DNA from: Octopus vulgaris
Taxonomy: Eukaryota
DNA: 64,000 nucleotides
Assembly: GCA_951406725.2 (NCBI GenBank)
Contig: OX597815.1
Span: 9,114,001-9,178,000, forward strand
Reading direction: 5' to 3'
The notes beneath the pieces were generated by a model. That model had not been told where the DNA came from. It searched no databases and saw only the letters and a list, made by a program, of their open reading frames with translations. Shown here one piece after another: positions 45,205 to 58,225 of this stretch. Numbering within the stretch: position 1 is the stretch's first letter; every line of letters begins with the position of its first letter. A program made the position numbers and the translations under genes.

Positions 45205-45209
<5 letters not shown>

Positions 45210-45410
45210 GCGAAGGAACGCTTTTCGCATTAGGAAAAGTCGGCCGAGAAAGGAGAATGTGGGGAGCGATATCTTCTTAACCAGCAAATCCTGTATCTTC
45301 TTGCTGTTTTCATTGAACCAGTCTCTAGGTCTGCAACACCATTGTGGTTAGATGTTCCCAAAGCACTTCTGCGGGAAGTTAGGATCTCCGAGCTTTCGCT
45401 GGAGCTTATC
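45205..45410 (-). mobile_element. RTE (BovB-like) LINE internal fragment
   Basis: Translation DWFNENSKKIQDLLVKK. Confidence 0.55.
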
Positions 45411-45611
45411 CGACTTCATTTAATAACATTACGACACAACTCTATACAGCATGCAATAACTCTGCAAGGCACACAGTGGTACTACAAATATATTACCATA
45501 TCAAACGACAAGACAACGCTGCGAGACCCACAACAATACTGCAGGACGCTCATTAGCAAAATAATACACCCAATATTACAAGTCATACACCAATACTACT
45601 CAACATTAAAA

Positions 45612-45768
45612 AGTGGCTGTGTGGTAAGTAGCTTGCTAACCAACCACATGGTTCTGGGTTCAGTCCCACTGCGTGGCATCTTGGGCAAGTGTCTTCTGCT
45701 ATAGCCCCGGGCCGACCAATGCCTTGTGAGTGGATTTGGTAGACAGAAACTGAAAGAAGCCTGTCGTA

Positions 45769-45823
<55 letters not shown>

Positions 45824-46042
45824 GTGTGTGTGTATATGTTTGTGTGTCTGTGTTTATCCCCCTAGCATTGCTTGACAACCGATGCTGATGTGTTTACGTC
45901 CCCGTCACTTAGCGGTTCGGCAAAAGAGACCGACAGAATAAGTACTGGGCTTACAAAAGAATAAGTCCCGGGGTCGATTTGCTCGACTAAAGGCGGTGCT
46001 CCAGCATGGCCGCAGTCAAACAAGTAAAAGAGTAAAAGAGTA
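45612..46042 (+). mobile_element. SINE family 2, within degenerate ~19-bp CAACAATACTAC repeats
   Basis: Matches 16124-16530. Confidence 0.9.
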
Positions 46043-46486
46043 ACGTTCATCAATACCATAAGGCACACAACAATACTATAACATATACTACAATACTAAA
46101 AGTCACACAGCGATAGTACGAGGCATACAACAACATTACAAGGTATAAAAAAACCCCTTAAGGTACACATTGACTCTACAAGACAGACAGACAAATTTGT
46201 AAAGGAATCAGTAGCTATATCCTAGTATCAAAACGATAAGTGACATTTCGATATATTTGTGTTGTAATAAGCACTTTCACTCTCAAGATAAAGAGGGGTT
46301 CTTTTCCAAATGTTTTCAGTATTAGGTAAGTGGATAAAGTGCTTACCTATCAACCCACATATGTTTTGAGTCCATATCTATTGAAAGTATTTCAGGACAC
46401 ATTGTTGTAGTTTTTTTAAACCTTAATTTCGTTTGGACAGAGGCAGTCTATGATATAAAAATTCTTCTGATTTCTTCTATGAACTA

Positions 46487-46869
46487 CTAGCAGTATCGCC
46501 CGGCGTTGCTCGGGTTTGTAAGGGAAATAACTATATAAGCATTTTTAGAGAGTTATAGCCAAAAAATAGCAAAAAATGCATTAAAAATGTAAAAAAAAAT
46601 TATGGTAAATTTTTTTAAAAAATCGTTGACTCATCGTAGACATTTTTAGCGAGTTACTTCCCTTATATAATAGCGAAAAAAATGCATTAAAATGGAAAAA
46701 ACTGATGGTAATTTAAAAAAATAATCGTAGACTCATCGTAGACGCGCGCTAATACCCAGAAGGGCTCGATATGAATCCCGACTATAAGATACCCGGTTTT
46801 GGTTAAACTGCACCGCAAAATGTTGGAGTAGTTAGGAATCTAAATCGTAGGAGACAGACACACAACCTC
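46487..46869 (-). mobile_element. Non-autonomous Helitron-type element
   Basis: CTAG plus hairpin end identical to 1-30; GACAGACA near the other end; no 5' TC terminus. Confidence 0.75.
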
Positions 46870-47077
46870 TTCTTCTATGAACTATTATTACTTCACATTA
46901 TAGACCTTAGAGATTTAAAACTTTATGCTTACATTGTTCAGGGAGAAGGATGAGGTGATGGGAATGGAATCGAACACGGCACTGTCTCCTTCACAGTCTG
47001 AAATAAACAAGACAATAGAAATACCAAAAATAAATGATACGATAAAAATGATAATTTTAATATTATTGTTATGACAA

Positions 47078-47500
47078 AGGCAGCAACCTGGCAGAACCGT
47101 TAGCACACCGGGCGAAATGCATAGCCGTATTTCGTCCTGCCGTTACTTGTTTGAGTTCAAATTCCGTCGAGGTCTACTTTGCCTTTCATCCTTTCGGGGT
47201 CAATAAATTAAGTACCAGTTACGCACTGAGGTCGATGTAATCGATTTAATCCCTTTGTCTGTCCTTGTTTGTCCCTTCTATGTTTAGCCCCTTGTGTGCA
47301 ATAAAAAATAAGAATCGTTAGCATGCCGGACAAAATACTTTGTGGCATTTCGTCCGCCTTTACTCTCTGAATTCTAATTCCGTCGGGGTCGACTTTGCCT
47401 TTCATCCTTTCGGGATCGATAAAATGTTGAGCACTGGAGTCAATGTAATCGACTAATCCCCTTCTCAGAAACTGCTGGCCTTGTTCCAAAATTAGAAACG
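47078..47500 (+). mobile_element. Two tandem family 1 SINEs, the second diverged
   Basis: Match to 5194-5423. Confidence 0.82.
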
Positions 47501-48415
47501 GATATAATAATTATGACATGTCTATCTAAAAATCTTCTCTCTTTTTACACAATATTGCGAAATATTTGTGTTGTTTCTCAAATTATTCAAATAGCAAGGA
47601 AAACACAATAAGAGCAAACCATCAGATGACTCACAGTTTGGACTGTTTCACGGTCACAAGAAGAGAAGTCCATATTGCATTTTTGTGAGAAAAAAATGTT
47701 TATTTAAATATAACTCAAAATGAAAAAAAAGTAAGTGAAGTAGATGGAATGTAGGGATATAAATCATCTTGAAACAGAATGGATTTCTATGAGTCAACCA
47801 ACAAGACAAGGGTAGGGGTATATTTGGATCACTGACAGGATAGATTTGGTCTGAGTGTTGGTAATCAAATTTGAAGAAGTTAAAATCTATTTTCATGGGT
47901 CTCCTTTTACCTCCGGTGATGTTATACTTCTTTAATGCCCTAGTCACTCAGATTTTATAATTTCCAGAGGTTTTGATGACCCATGTGCGTATTATCCGGA
48001 AACCCTAAGATGTAAAACTAGAATTTTTTCTTCCGGATGTCGTAGTTCTTCGGATATGACATTTGTCTAGCTATATTACTTATTCTGATCCCTCGAATGC
48101 TATTGTTGTTACCCTTAAATCAGCCCTGATCGACCAGACTTGTGATCCCACTCATCCCGTTTTTACTTACGTGTAGGTATGAGTGTAATCACACTTTCCC
48201 ATGTTTGCTTTTATTTAAATGGTAAATTGTAATTTGAAGAAGCTCTAGTTGACCATTTTAGCGGGTCGAACGTCCGCATTGAAGATTCCTCGTTAGCTTG
48301 ACCTCAGATGCCATAATCTCAGAATGTATCACTAAGAACTAATTCTCATATTCTGACGTTTTTGTTTTCATGACTATAATATATTTTCTCCCTTAAATAT
48401 GAATGAGAAACTTAC

Positions 48416-48625
48416 CTGCACCCAGGTACGTCATTTCTTCATATCTTCCGCTGACTGTATTTATTTCAGTCAGAATCCGTATTTCATCATCGGGTTCCAT
48501 TGTGCGCGTCCTCGAGGCTATCTCGAAATAGTAATGGTTTGGACGACATGTAGACTCTGTGGAATTGGTACAGTAAAGGAGCAGTGCCGTAGAATTGTAG
48601 TCTGTTGAGACGATCCTCACTGTAA
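48416..48625 (-). CDS. Lipocalin-like exon with SCR2 (TDY) and SCR3 (SR) motifs
   Basis: tttttcag|...GCAG|gtaagt; 210 nt, phase 1 to 1; VTVRIVSTDYNSTALLLYC..C..YFEIASRTRTM. Confidence 0.8.
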
Positions 48626-48829
48626 CTGAAAAATAACAAACACACATATTGTACGCTGTTTATTTGCATAATTTTCGCTACATGTTTTGCATAAATGCTT
48701 GCAGGTTTTCGCTAGTTACTTAATTTTTGCTGCAGAATTATATATATATATATATATAATAAAATATTAGGGAATATAATCCAAACTTACAGGGAAAAAT
48801 CAGATTTAGGATTGAATCCAATTTTATAG

Positions 48830-49074
48830 TAAAATATTATATAATATTAAATTAGAGCCCCCTATTAGCGCAAATCAAACAATGAAACGACTTAAGCCAA
48901 TACATAAAATTAATTAATTTATATTATTTTAAATATATATCAAAAGTATTAAAAATTTAATAAAAGATTTTAATACTTTTGATATATATTAAAATAATAT
49001 AAATTAATTAATTTTATGTATTTTTAATGCATTTTTCATTGTTTGATTTGCCTAATAGTGGTTTTATCTCTAAT

Positions 49075-49085
<11 letters not shown>
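48830..49085. repeat. AT-rich imperfect fold-back element in (TA)n
   Basis: Inverted arms about a centre near 48962. Confidence 0.65.
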
Positions 49086-49118
<33 letters not shown>

Positions 49119-49825
49119 CACGAAGTTTTGTCAATGAACAGGTCGCGGTCTCAAAGCAACGAAAATATTTTGTCAAATCAAATTTAAATGTTGAAGTGAA
49201 TCTAACGGTTTTTGTGTGTTTCTTAAATGGCTTATAAACACCTTCCACTCTGCAATTGTTTTCGTTCCAGCACACGATCTCAGATCAGGTCACTTGCTAT
49301 GCAAGTACATCTCCGTAATATATATATATATATATCTTAAAAAAAAGAAAGGTTCGTATATACATACATTCACGCTTACATCCACTAATACACATACACA
49401 CACACGCACTCTAATATTTGTGCCTTCAGCAATTCGTTTCCATGTCTGTGTCAACTCTGCGCACATCGGATGCCTCTTCGAACTATGAAACACAGACCAT
49501 GCTTTCCGCGCTCGCACTCCCAGAGACTTACTTCTTTATGATCCCACTTTGGTCACGATGCGCATAGAATAAGTTACCTGGATTTGCGCATCCTGAATTT
49601 CTTTTGCAGTTTTGTCGTATTTGCTTTCCCACAGCAATCACAATTAGTTACAGTGCCAGACACGCTAGGCTTCTGCACTTCATTTAAAACACCTACCACA
49701 GAATGCACACTCTTCTACCAGAAATTTTCCTATCAGACCAAGGACTGAGAACAGCAATCTCTGCCTCGGCTCCTTTCAACGAAAGTTCGCAGCTGCACCG
49801 TTTCCACGTACATGTATAACCAATT

Positions 49826-50054
49826 CGGCGAGCTGGCAGAAACGTTAGCACGCCGGGCGAAATGCTTAGCGGTATTTCGTCTGCGTTACGTTGTGAGTTC
49901 AAATTCCGCCGAGGTCGACTTTGCCTTTCATCCTTTCGGGGTCGATAAATTAAGTACCAGTTACGCACTGGGGGTCGATGTAATCGACTTAATACCTATG
50001 TCTGTCCTTGTTTGTCCCCTCTGTGTTTAGCCCCTTGTGGGTAATAAAGAAATA
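49826..50054 (+). mobile_element. SINE family 1
   Basis: Matches 5194-5423. Confidence 0.9.
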
Positions 50055-52421
50055 GGTATCCAGTTATGGGCAAACTCACTTAACGCTGTTCCCAAGCAGA
50101 TACGCACGAAACTAGACGGCACGCTCTGTACACAACCGACCCTGTATGCTGTTGCAACCCACTCAAATATGTACTTGCTGTCCTAAATATATATCCCCAG
50201 ATGTCCTCTCTTGTTATCTTTCATATTTCTGGTCTTGCATTACACCCACCTATATCCCGTACACTTTATATTCTCCATTCACAAATTAGAATGTTGTTAA
50301 ATTTTCGCACAGTGCACATCTCTGTCAATTTTCCTTGAATCGTTTCGTTTTTGAAAACCTCACTAAGCGGCGAGAGTGATGAAAGTAATTGTTTCCTGAA
50401 TTTTTAGCCAAGAATCAAAACCTCAGACTTGATTTTTTTCTGTAGGCTCCTTTCTATTGTTCTCGGCAATTGCACTCGTAAATTTATGCAAGTCAACTAT
50501 CATAAGTTGTGTTCTTTGGCTTAACAGCTCAACGGAGATTAACACGTTCAACGGAGATAAACGCATTCACCTTCTTTTGTTCTCCAACCTACATCCAACT
50601 TTCGAACATGTATAAATACAGAAACACTAAATAGAATTCTTCCTCCTTTATTCGGCATTTTTTGCCAAAGGAACATGTGGTCAAGCAATGCAGGAATCAC
50701 GAAATTCCCCCTCGAAATTTACTATTCAATTTGTCTCTTCATCATCCTATTCGTGACTGATTTATAAAAGTACAAGTATTTCAATGTTTATTTTTAATTT
50801 TAAACTCTTTTGTGATAATCAGAAAATTTCCCTAGAAGTAATATAACTCTTGCAGTTTCAGAGTTGTGCTGATGCTGCTTTATAAAGCAGAAACAAACCC
50901 TCACTTTTTTTGGTAACAGAATAATCCACGCATAAAAAATAAATCCATTGTATTGTTATATAGAATATTTCGGAGAGCATCTTAAGTTACCTGCTTCCAT
51001 AGTTTCTTGAATGTGTAACGGGATGAGATATTCCCGCACTGGATGGGTGCTGCTCGCATCCTTTACATCAAATATTAATTGGAGAGTCAAGATTTTCCGT
51101 TAACTTTAAGCGCATGAGGGAACTTCCGGCAGGCCTTCCGGAAGATTCCAACCCTGCAATGATTTGCGTAGAGCGGTGGGTGGGAGTTTACTTCTTTACT
51201 TTCTAAATTTTTCGAAACTTGTGTTGCATTCAAATAAAATACTTAGTCGAAATATTTAACCAAAATCATATGTTATTAGTGTTATTAACTATTTTGCTTT
51301 GATTAAAAAATTTAAACTAAACTATATAGAAGGCTATGTAGTTTCAAGGTTAAATATACCGAATGAACTTCTATGATTAACCTATTTAACATTTTCTGCT
51401 TCATTCAAGTAGAATTCTGTCACCAACATACAGTTTATAAAATGAAGTTAGTTTCACCTTATATAGTGTTCAGTACCCTTTGCTTCAATATTAAGAATGC
51501 ACCAATATTAGTGTCATTGTATGAATCACTCTAAACAAAACTACTTTCGATGCTGTTCACCGGTGCATCAATCTAGATACGTATCCTGTTTACCAAATTT
51601 AGAAAAAGTAAAACTTTTTCCCTATCCACGCGCATGTCCATCCAAAATATCTTCCCTGAGGATTGTAACTCAACCTATCTCTATTGTGTGTGTCAGTCAC
51701 CTTCTCCTCTACCTCAACTATTACGAAAACATGTAAAAGTATAGGTATATTGTCTTGGTATTAAAACAACATGTGAAGACGTACATGAATCTGAATTCTT
51801 CAGCTATATACTGCAGAAACTCCAAGAATTATATTTTCATTCATTTGTGTTCTACACTCATCCATATCTTTATTCTATAGCTCCATTTGTACATAGCTAT
51901 ATTTGTTAAAACAATAGCTCCACTTATATATCTCTCTATACATTTAAAGCCTACCTTATTGAATCACTTATCTACAAATATTTAAAGCTATCTCTCATAT
52001 GATCAAATTACACTTGCATTCAGTTACCTTTAAAAACATTCGAACTAGTCTGCTACAAATCTCTCTCTTTCTATATATATATTCAAACATTTCTATTAAA
52101 ATATCTGCATATATATTCCAAATATAATTCCGTTCAGTTAGCTTCACATATATTCATACAATTTATATCTCTACAAATATTTAAACCATTCATCTGCAGT
52201 CAATATGACTCTTTATACGAGTATATTCAAACTATATTTCCATTTATATACACTGAAACTTTATTCTATATTATCTTTATATCCATTCACGCTAAATACC
52301 CATACAGTTATCTACGCATACCGTCAAACCATACATTAATACGACAGTTTCTTCATATTTTCAAGCGTTTTATCACAAGAGAAATACAAAATGCAAGAGA
52401 AATATAAAATAATGCACTTAC

Positions 52422-52477
52422 CGTTCTTGTCCGTTTTTGTCACCCCAGTTACAGGTGTCGAGTGCAACTTGTTTTCA
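52422..52477 (-). CDS. Short exon of the lipocalin-like gene
   Basis: ttttcttttcttcgcaatag|...G|gtaagt; 56 nt, phase 2 to 1; (S)ENKLHSTPVTGVTKTDKN; bridges the neighbouring exon phases. Confidence 0.62.
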
Positions 52478-52714
52478 CTATTGCGAAGAAAAGAAAAATC
52501 ATTTATATTACCAAAGTGCTTTAGTTGTAGTAGAGAGTATTCGGGCTAAATTTGACGATTTTAATGCCTCCTTTCTTTCAAGAACAGCTTGATGTATTAG
52601 TGAACAGTGAATGGTGTCGGAAAGCATGAAGACGAAAGAAAGTCGTAGATGAGAAAAAGGCAGCTGACTTGGGGGATTGGAAGCCATTTGAATACTGGGA
52701 AAGAGTTACCAGTA

Positions 52715-53170
52715 TCATGGTGACTCGCGCCGCGTATTAACAATAGGGGCGACATGCCTACTGCTCAATGCTCTCTGGACACTATCAAGGCTGTAAGACG
52801 TGATCTGGAGAGCTGCAACGGAGACTACGAAGCAGTGACAAGCAGGAAGGGACACAGAAGGCGTTCTGAATGTGTCAGCACGACAGAATTTATTCAAAGG
52901 CTGACGAACAGGACGCCAGGCTCAATTCAGACGATTATGTGAATCTGTTGGAGACCGTGTGCAAACCCTGGCTGGAGAAGGTTGCTATTGAAAGGCCATA
53001 CATGCTGCAGCAGAAGCGACTGTCCGAGAATTTGTACGACTTCACCAGCCCCAATTTCTGGCCTCCTAATTCCCCAATTGTAATCCCATGGATTACTACG
53101 TATGAGGTGCGGTTGAGAAAGCCACTACCAGCTCTGCCTACCATACAAAGGCCGGGTTGATGGTCATGGA
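52715..53170 (+). pseudogene. Deleted mariner/maT-like transposase
   Basis: LNSDDY..LL..V.KPW..Y..QQ, FWPPNSP, frameshifted CNPMDYYV. Confidence 0.75.
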
Positions 53171-53789
53171 CTAGTTTAGTGTTTTACAGTCTTATGAATA
53201 TCAAGTTTCAAAAGGTGTACATAAAGACATTATCAATTATTATATAGATGTCTATATACTGGCGGATCGGCATCAAAAGGCTGACTGTATGCTATTCTAG
53301 AGATCATGTCAGAGTAATTTAAAGAGTTTCAAACTTAAACCAGAGGTTACAGGAGTCACAAATCTGAGTCAAGAGTATATATTGTAATATATCTGGATGT
53401 ATGATTAAATATTGCTATTCTTTCCGCTTATCTTATGTTCCATAAGTATGATGACTATGTGTGTGTGTGTGTGCGTAGACGCACACACACATACACACAT
53501 ATATTCATAATTATATTAGAGGGTACACGAAGCACTAGCTCACTAGAAAGTGGAAGTAAAAACCCACAACTTAACCACCAATCTCATTGAAAATATATAA
53601 CGGACCAACAGAAATCGGGTAAATGAGCAGAATTTAACCTCCTATCTCAGTTCGAAAGTCGTAGAATGAGGTAACAGATATATCTGGATCATGATTTGGA
53701 ATTCTGGCTAGAACCTCAATTCTCCTCAGCAGGCCTTATCTGTCTGTATGTATGTATAGCTAAAACTAGTAAAGCAGTAAAACAGTATG

Positions 53790-54174
53790 GATGGAAGCAC
53801 TCCGTCGGTTACGACGACGAGGGTTCCGGTTGATCCGACCAACGGAACAGCCTGCTCGTGAAATTAACGTGTAAGTGGCTGAGCACTCCACAGACACGTG
53901 TACCCTTAACGTAATTCCCGGGGATATTCAGCGTGACACAGAGAGTGACAAGGCCGACCCTTTGAAATACAGGTACAACAGAAACAGGAAGTAAGAGTGA
54001 GAGAAAGCTGTGGTGAAAGAGTACAGCAGGGATCACCACCATCCCCTGCCGGAGCCTCGTGGAGCTTTTAGGTGTTTTCGCTCAATAAACACTCACAACG
54101 CCCGGTCTGGGACTCGAAACCGCGATCCTATGACTGCGAGTCCGCTGCCCTAACCACTGGGCCATTGCGCCTCG
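53790..54174 (-). mobile_element. SINE family 3
   Basis: Reverse complement of 59884-60270. Confidence 0.9.
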
Positions 54175-54771
54175 ACTAGTAAAACAGTATATCACTACAA
54201 TGAAGTAACATGTTTTATCTGGTCTCACTGGTCCCATGTCGTGATTAATGAGCGGTTCTGCTTGACGTTTACAAATCATACACGTGCCAGTACATGGCCT
54301 CTCCCATATTACTTATGTCTGCACTAATACCTTCCCACGGGGTCAGTCTTTGCTATAAACATGGAGGTGTGACACTGTATTGGGTGGTTTGATTGATTCT
54401 ACAGCCTAGGCTTGTTAACCTTGGTTGACAACTAACTTAGGAAATGGCCACGCTGATATAAAACCAAAAGTTTAATAGTTCAATCTCTGCCTGATCACAC
54501 CGAGCTACTTTAACCTTAATAATGGCTTAAAAAGAGAGGAATTAGTGGGGGTAAATATTGATATCGGATTACAAACAATCAATCATTTAGCTGAGAGACC
54601 AATACTTTTTGTACTTGGGCAGTAATAAGTCTGGATATTTTACAACTCCCCTTTCTCGTGTTTCATGAAGGTTAAAATTGCATACGATAAACTTTTCATT
54701 CAAACGATTTAAAGCTTAGCTTATTTTCCATTTGTTTAAAAAATATTCAGATTAAAAAGGACGAACTTTAC

Positions 54772-54892
54772 CTTGCATCCGTTTCCACAAATGAAATACT
54801 TCCTCTTGAGTTTGAAGAAAATTCTTTAGCCTTAATTTTGACTGGATCATTTTGGACAAATTTCTTGCTCTTCCAAATGGTGTACCAAGGTC
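54772..54892 (-). CDS. Lipocalin-like exon with the SCR1 G-x-W-Y motif
   Basis: ttttcag|GA CCT TGG TAC...GCAAG|gtaaag; GPWYTIWKSKKFVQNDPVKIKAKEFSSNSRGSISFVETDA; an alternative acceptor at 54899 gives FSGPWY. Confidence 0.72.
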
Positions 54893-54947
54893 CTGAAAAC
54901 TGACCACCAAAGGTTGATTATGAATACGCTGACGTGCAAATATATTT

Positions 54948-55021
54948 TATGTATGTATGTATGTATGTATGTATGTATGTATGTATGTATGTATGTATGT
55001 ATGTATGTATGTATGTATGTG

Positions 55022-55054
<33 letters not shown>

Positions 55055-55377
55055 GTGTGTGTATGTATGTATGTATGTATGTATGTATGTATGTATGTAT
55101 GTATGTATGTATGTATGTATGTATGTATGTATGTATGTATGTATGTATGTATGTATGTATGTATGTATGTATGTATGTATGTATGTATGTATGTATGTAT
55201 GTATGTATGTATGTATGTATGTATGTATGTATGTATGTATGTATGTATGTATGTATGTATGTATGTATGTATGTATGTATGTATGTATGTATGTATGTAT
55301 GTATGTATGTATGTATGTGTGTGTGTATGTATGTATGTATGTATGTGTGTGTATGTATGTATGTATGTATGTATGTG

Positions 55378-55410
<33 letters not shown>

Positions 55411-55505
55411 GTGTGTGTATGTATGTATGTATGTATGTATGTATGTATGTATGTATGTATGTATGTATGTATGTATGTATGTATGTGTGTGTGTATGTAT
55501 GTATG
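54948..55505. repeat. (TATG)n microsatellite
   Basis: Read directly. Confidence 0.97.
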
Positions 55506-55519
55506 CATGTTTTCTTTTT

Positions 55520-56030
55520 CTCTATTACCTTTAGAGTTAATTTGGTCCGCCCACCTGCTTGGGAGCAAGGTTGTGAAACTTAAGAAAGTCTTGCAGATTT
55601 TTACTGTTCCAGATATTGTGACTATTTGTAGCTTACGGATTAAAGTGTTGTATTCTCTCCCCTACAACCCAAGTTCAGCCATACTTTGCTCCAGGTATGT
55701 TGGTATATATCCTATTAATCCAATAATAATAAACACGAATCCTGGATTTGCAAACTTCTGATCCACGTGATTAATTGTATGTAGAAACTCTGGGGACTAT
55801 TTATTTTTAACTGACAGTTTCGTTCCTTGGTTACGTTCTCCTTGTTGCAAGTGCATTTATAAGATATATTTTCCCCCGTCTTTTGGATCCTGTAACATTG
55901 CTTGTCGCATTTCGCTTGTACGCATGTTATTTCACCAGGAGATATTCGCATTTTTGCCAGTCAAGGCGATCACCGACATTTAACTCGGTTCTTTTCTCTT
56001 GTTTAAAATATCTCTTGAGATTTCTAGTTT
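55520..56030 (-). mobile_element. Degenerate 3' end of an RLE-type (R4/Dong-like) non-LTR retrotransposon
   Basis: PGFVFIIIGLIGYIPTYL..LGL..LIRKLQIVTISGTVKICKTFL, with stops. Confidence 0.55.
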
Positions 56031-56460
56031 TGTGAATCAGTCACTGAGTGCATTATATGTAGATATATATGTGTGAGAGGGCATGTGTGAGAGCGTATGT
56101 GTGTGAGTGAGTGGGTGAGTGTGAGTGTATGTGTGTGTGTGTGTGTGTGTGAGTGTGTGTGTGATGATGTGTGTTTGTGTGTATGAGTGTGTAAACTTGC
56201 ACTGAAGGAGTAGCTGTTGCCACACGAATCACGTTAGTATACAAGCGTGTGGACTTCATAACTGCTTATGTGCGTGTATATGTTTTTGTACTGCTTACGT
56301 GTTTTCATACTATTATGCACGTATATATGTAGATACATTGATAAAATTTTGAAACAGCTGCTCACGACATGTATGTCATCCTCAATCTAATTCTGCTGTG
56401 AGTGCATAGGTGTCACTGTTAGATGCTAACTTGCATCCTAATCTCTTTTGTGTATCAAGT

Positions 56461-57050
56461 TGTAGCAGGGTTCGAAAGCGAATCGATAAACTGCCAAGTT
56501 AAAATCACAGCTTACCAACAGCCTTTTCATGTAATCGGCCGGGTTGTTGACCAATGAGCGTTGAGTTGTTGACCAATGAGCTTTGAGTTGTTGACCAATG
56601 AGCATTGAGTTGTTGACCAATGAGCATTGAGTTTTGGACCTATCAGCATCGAGACACCACGTAATGCATCGTTCTAGAAGCCGAGAACGTTCCTTTACAA
56701 AGCCTATAAATAGGCACGTTTTGAGTGCTAAACTTCAATTTGTAGCCGCCCGCAACTAAGCTAACCATATTCTCTTAGCAGCCATTCTCACGGCTTTCAC
56801 TGAACCTGTATAGTAACTCTAGTTCACGGACCCAGTATGCATATTTTCTCCTGTCTAAGCAATTTACTTACAGAGCTTTCTTAAACTATTTGTAAGAGTT
56901 GTCCTTTCTAGTGTGTAAACTTTGTTGTCGCATTTTTAATTGATGAATAACATGGAAAATATTTGTGCTTGTACAGTGAAATAAAATTCTGTTTTTTGTC
57001 CACAAGTGTTGTCCATTCATTTTACGCGGCCAGAACCCATCTCAACTACA
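56461..57050 (+). mobile_element. Candidate solo LTR
   Basis: TGTAG...CTACA ends; four 22-bp CCAAT repeats at 56543-56630; TATAAATA ~56705; AATAAA ~56946 and ~56980. Confidence 0.65.
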
Positions 57051-57218
57051 AGCATCTCATATCCTTCACCCTATATCTATCATGGCAACAGTTAACTAAA
57101 CCTCGTGACAATGTATAACCGTTGTTTCTTGTTCCAGTAGCGCAAAAGTATATCCATCAAACTAAGAGTTAATATCTCTAGGTTGTTGGTTCAAGATAGA
57201 CTACATTGGTCATTATTA

Positions 57219-57574
57219 CACATTCATATCTATGTGTTTGCGTATGTCAAACTACATCCCCACTCTTGGCACTATTTTGTTTGTTAATTTCCTGGTTCGT
57301 TGCGTTTCAGATTTGTTGTAAAGGCACAGTTTCCGTTTAATTATCCCACCGCTGCCACCATGTTATGCGTGTTTTGTGTTCTAATGGGATAGACAACCAA
57401 ATGAAAACCATTGTTATGTTTACGTGTTTATTGAGTTTACATGTTACACGGACGACGACATTCAGCGTAGTAATACATTATATACTTTACACACAGTTTG
57501 TACTGTTCACTAACAAAATAGTGCCAAGAGTGGGGATGTAGTTTGGCATACGCAAACACATAGATATGAATGTG
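57219..57574. mobile_element. MITE with ~63-bp TIRs and a TA duplication
   Basis: TA|CACATTCATATCTATGTGTTTGCG...CGCAAACACATAGATATGAATGTG|TA. Confidence 0.72.
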
Positions 57575-58225
57575 TAACAGTCATCTATGTTAGGTTTCCG
57601 GTAACATGATCAAATATGTACGCATGCATATGGAGCAAGATTTCTTGTCAGATTTGAAACCTGAACATATGACTCACTGACTCGCCGTGTACCATAATAC
57701 ACCATGGAAGAACCTCAAAGGGAGGTTTTTATTTATTGTTTGTTTGCTAGTCCGGCAAAATTTTTTCACTTGTTGGTCGCATTCGACCAGTCATATGAGT
57801 CCACTTGAATCTGTTTCACGACGTATCTGCGTTATGACAATTATAAAAATCGATATTTGTTTAACATTTTATGATGAAAAATATCTAAGAACGACAAAAA
57901 GCAATTCCCTATCCGGCTCAGGCCATGCAATATATGCTGACAATTTTTTCTCATACACGCACACAAATAGTGTTATATGTACATGCTCGTAATGACAAGA
58001 TACTCTGTGAACTTTGGTTAACCAGAAAACTTTTTGCTGTTCATTTCCTTAAACATTTCTGAATCTGCTGTGATGCAGTTAACTCCGTTTGGTGTTCAAG
58101 AAAATACTTTTATATCTCGGAGAAAAACTTGTCTGTAATCCCTGCAAAAATTCACCGCTTTTTTTAAATTTTGCAACAACATATACACTTCATGTAAATA
58201 TTGGTGACCAAGCCCGAATAGATAT

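Noticed and set aside
54914-55761. 200-275 aa MYVC/HTYI ORFs
   Set aside because: (TATG)n read-through
56543-56630. CRISPR-like repeat array
   Set aside because: Contiguous tandem units without spacers, in eukaryotic DNA
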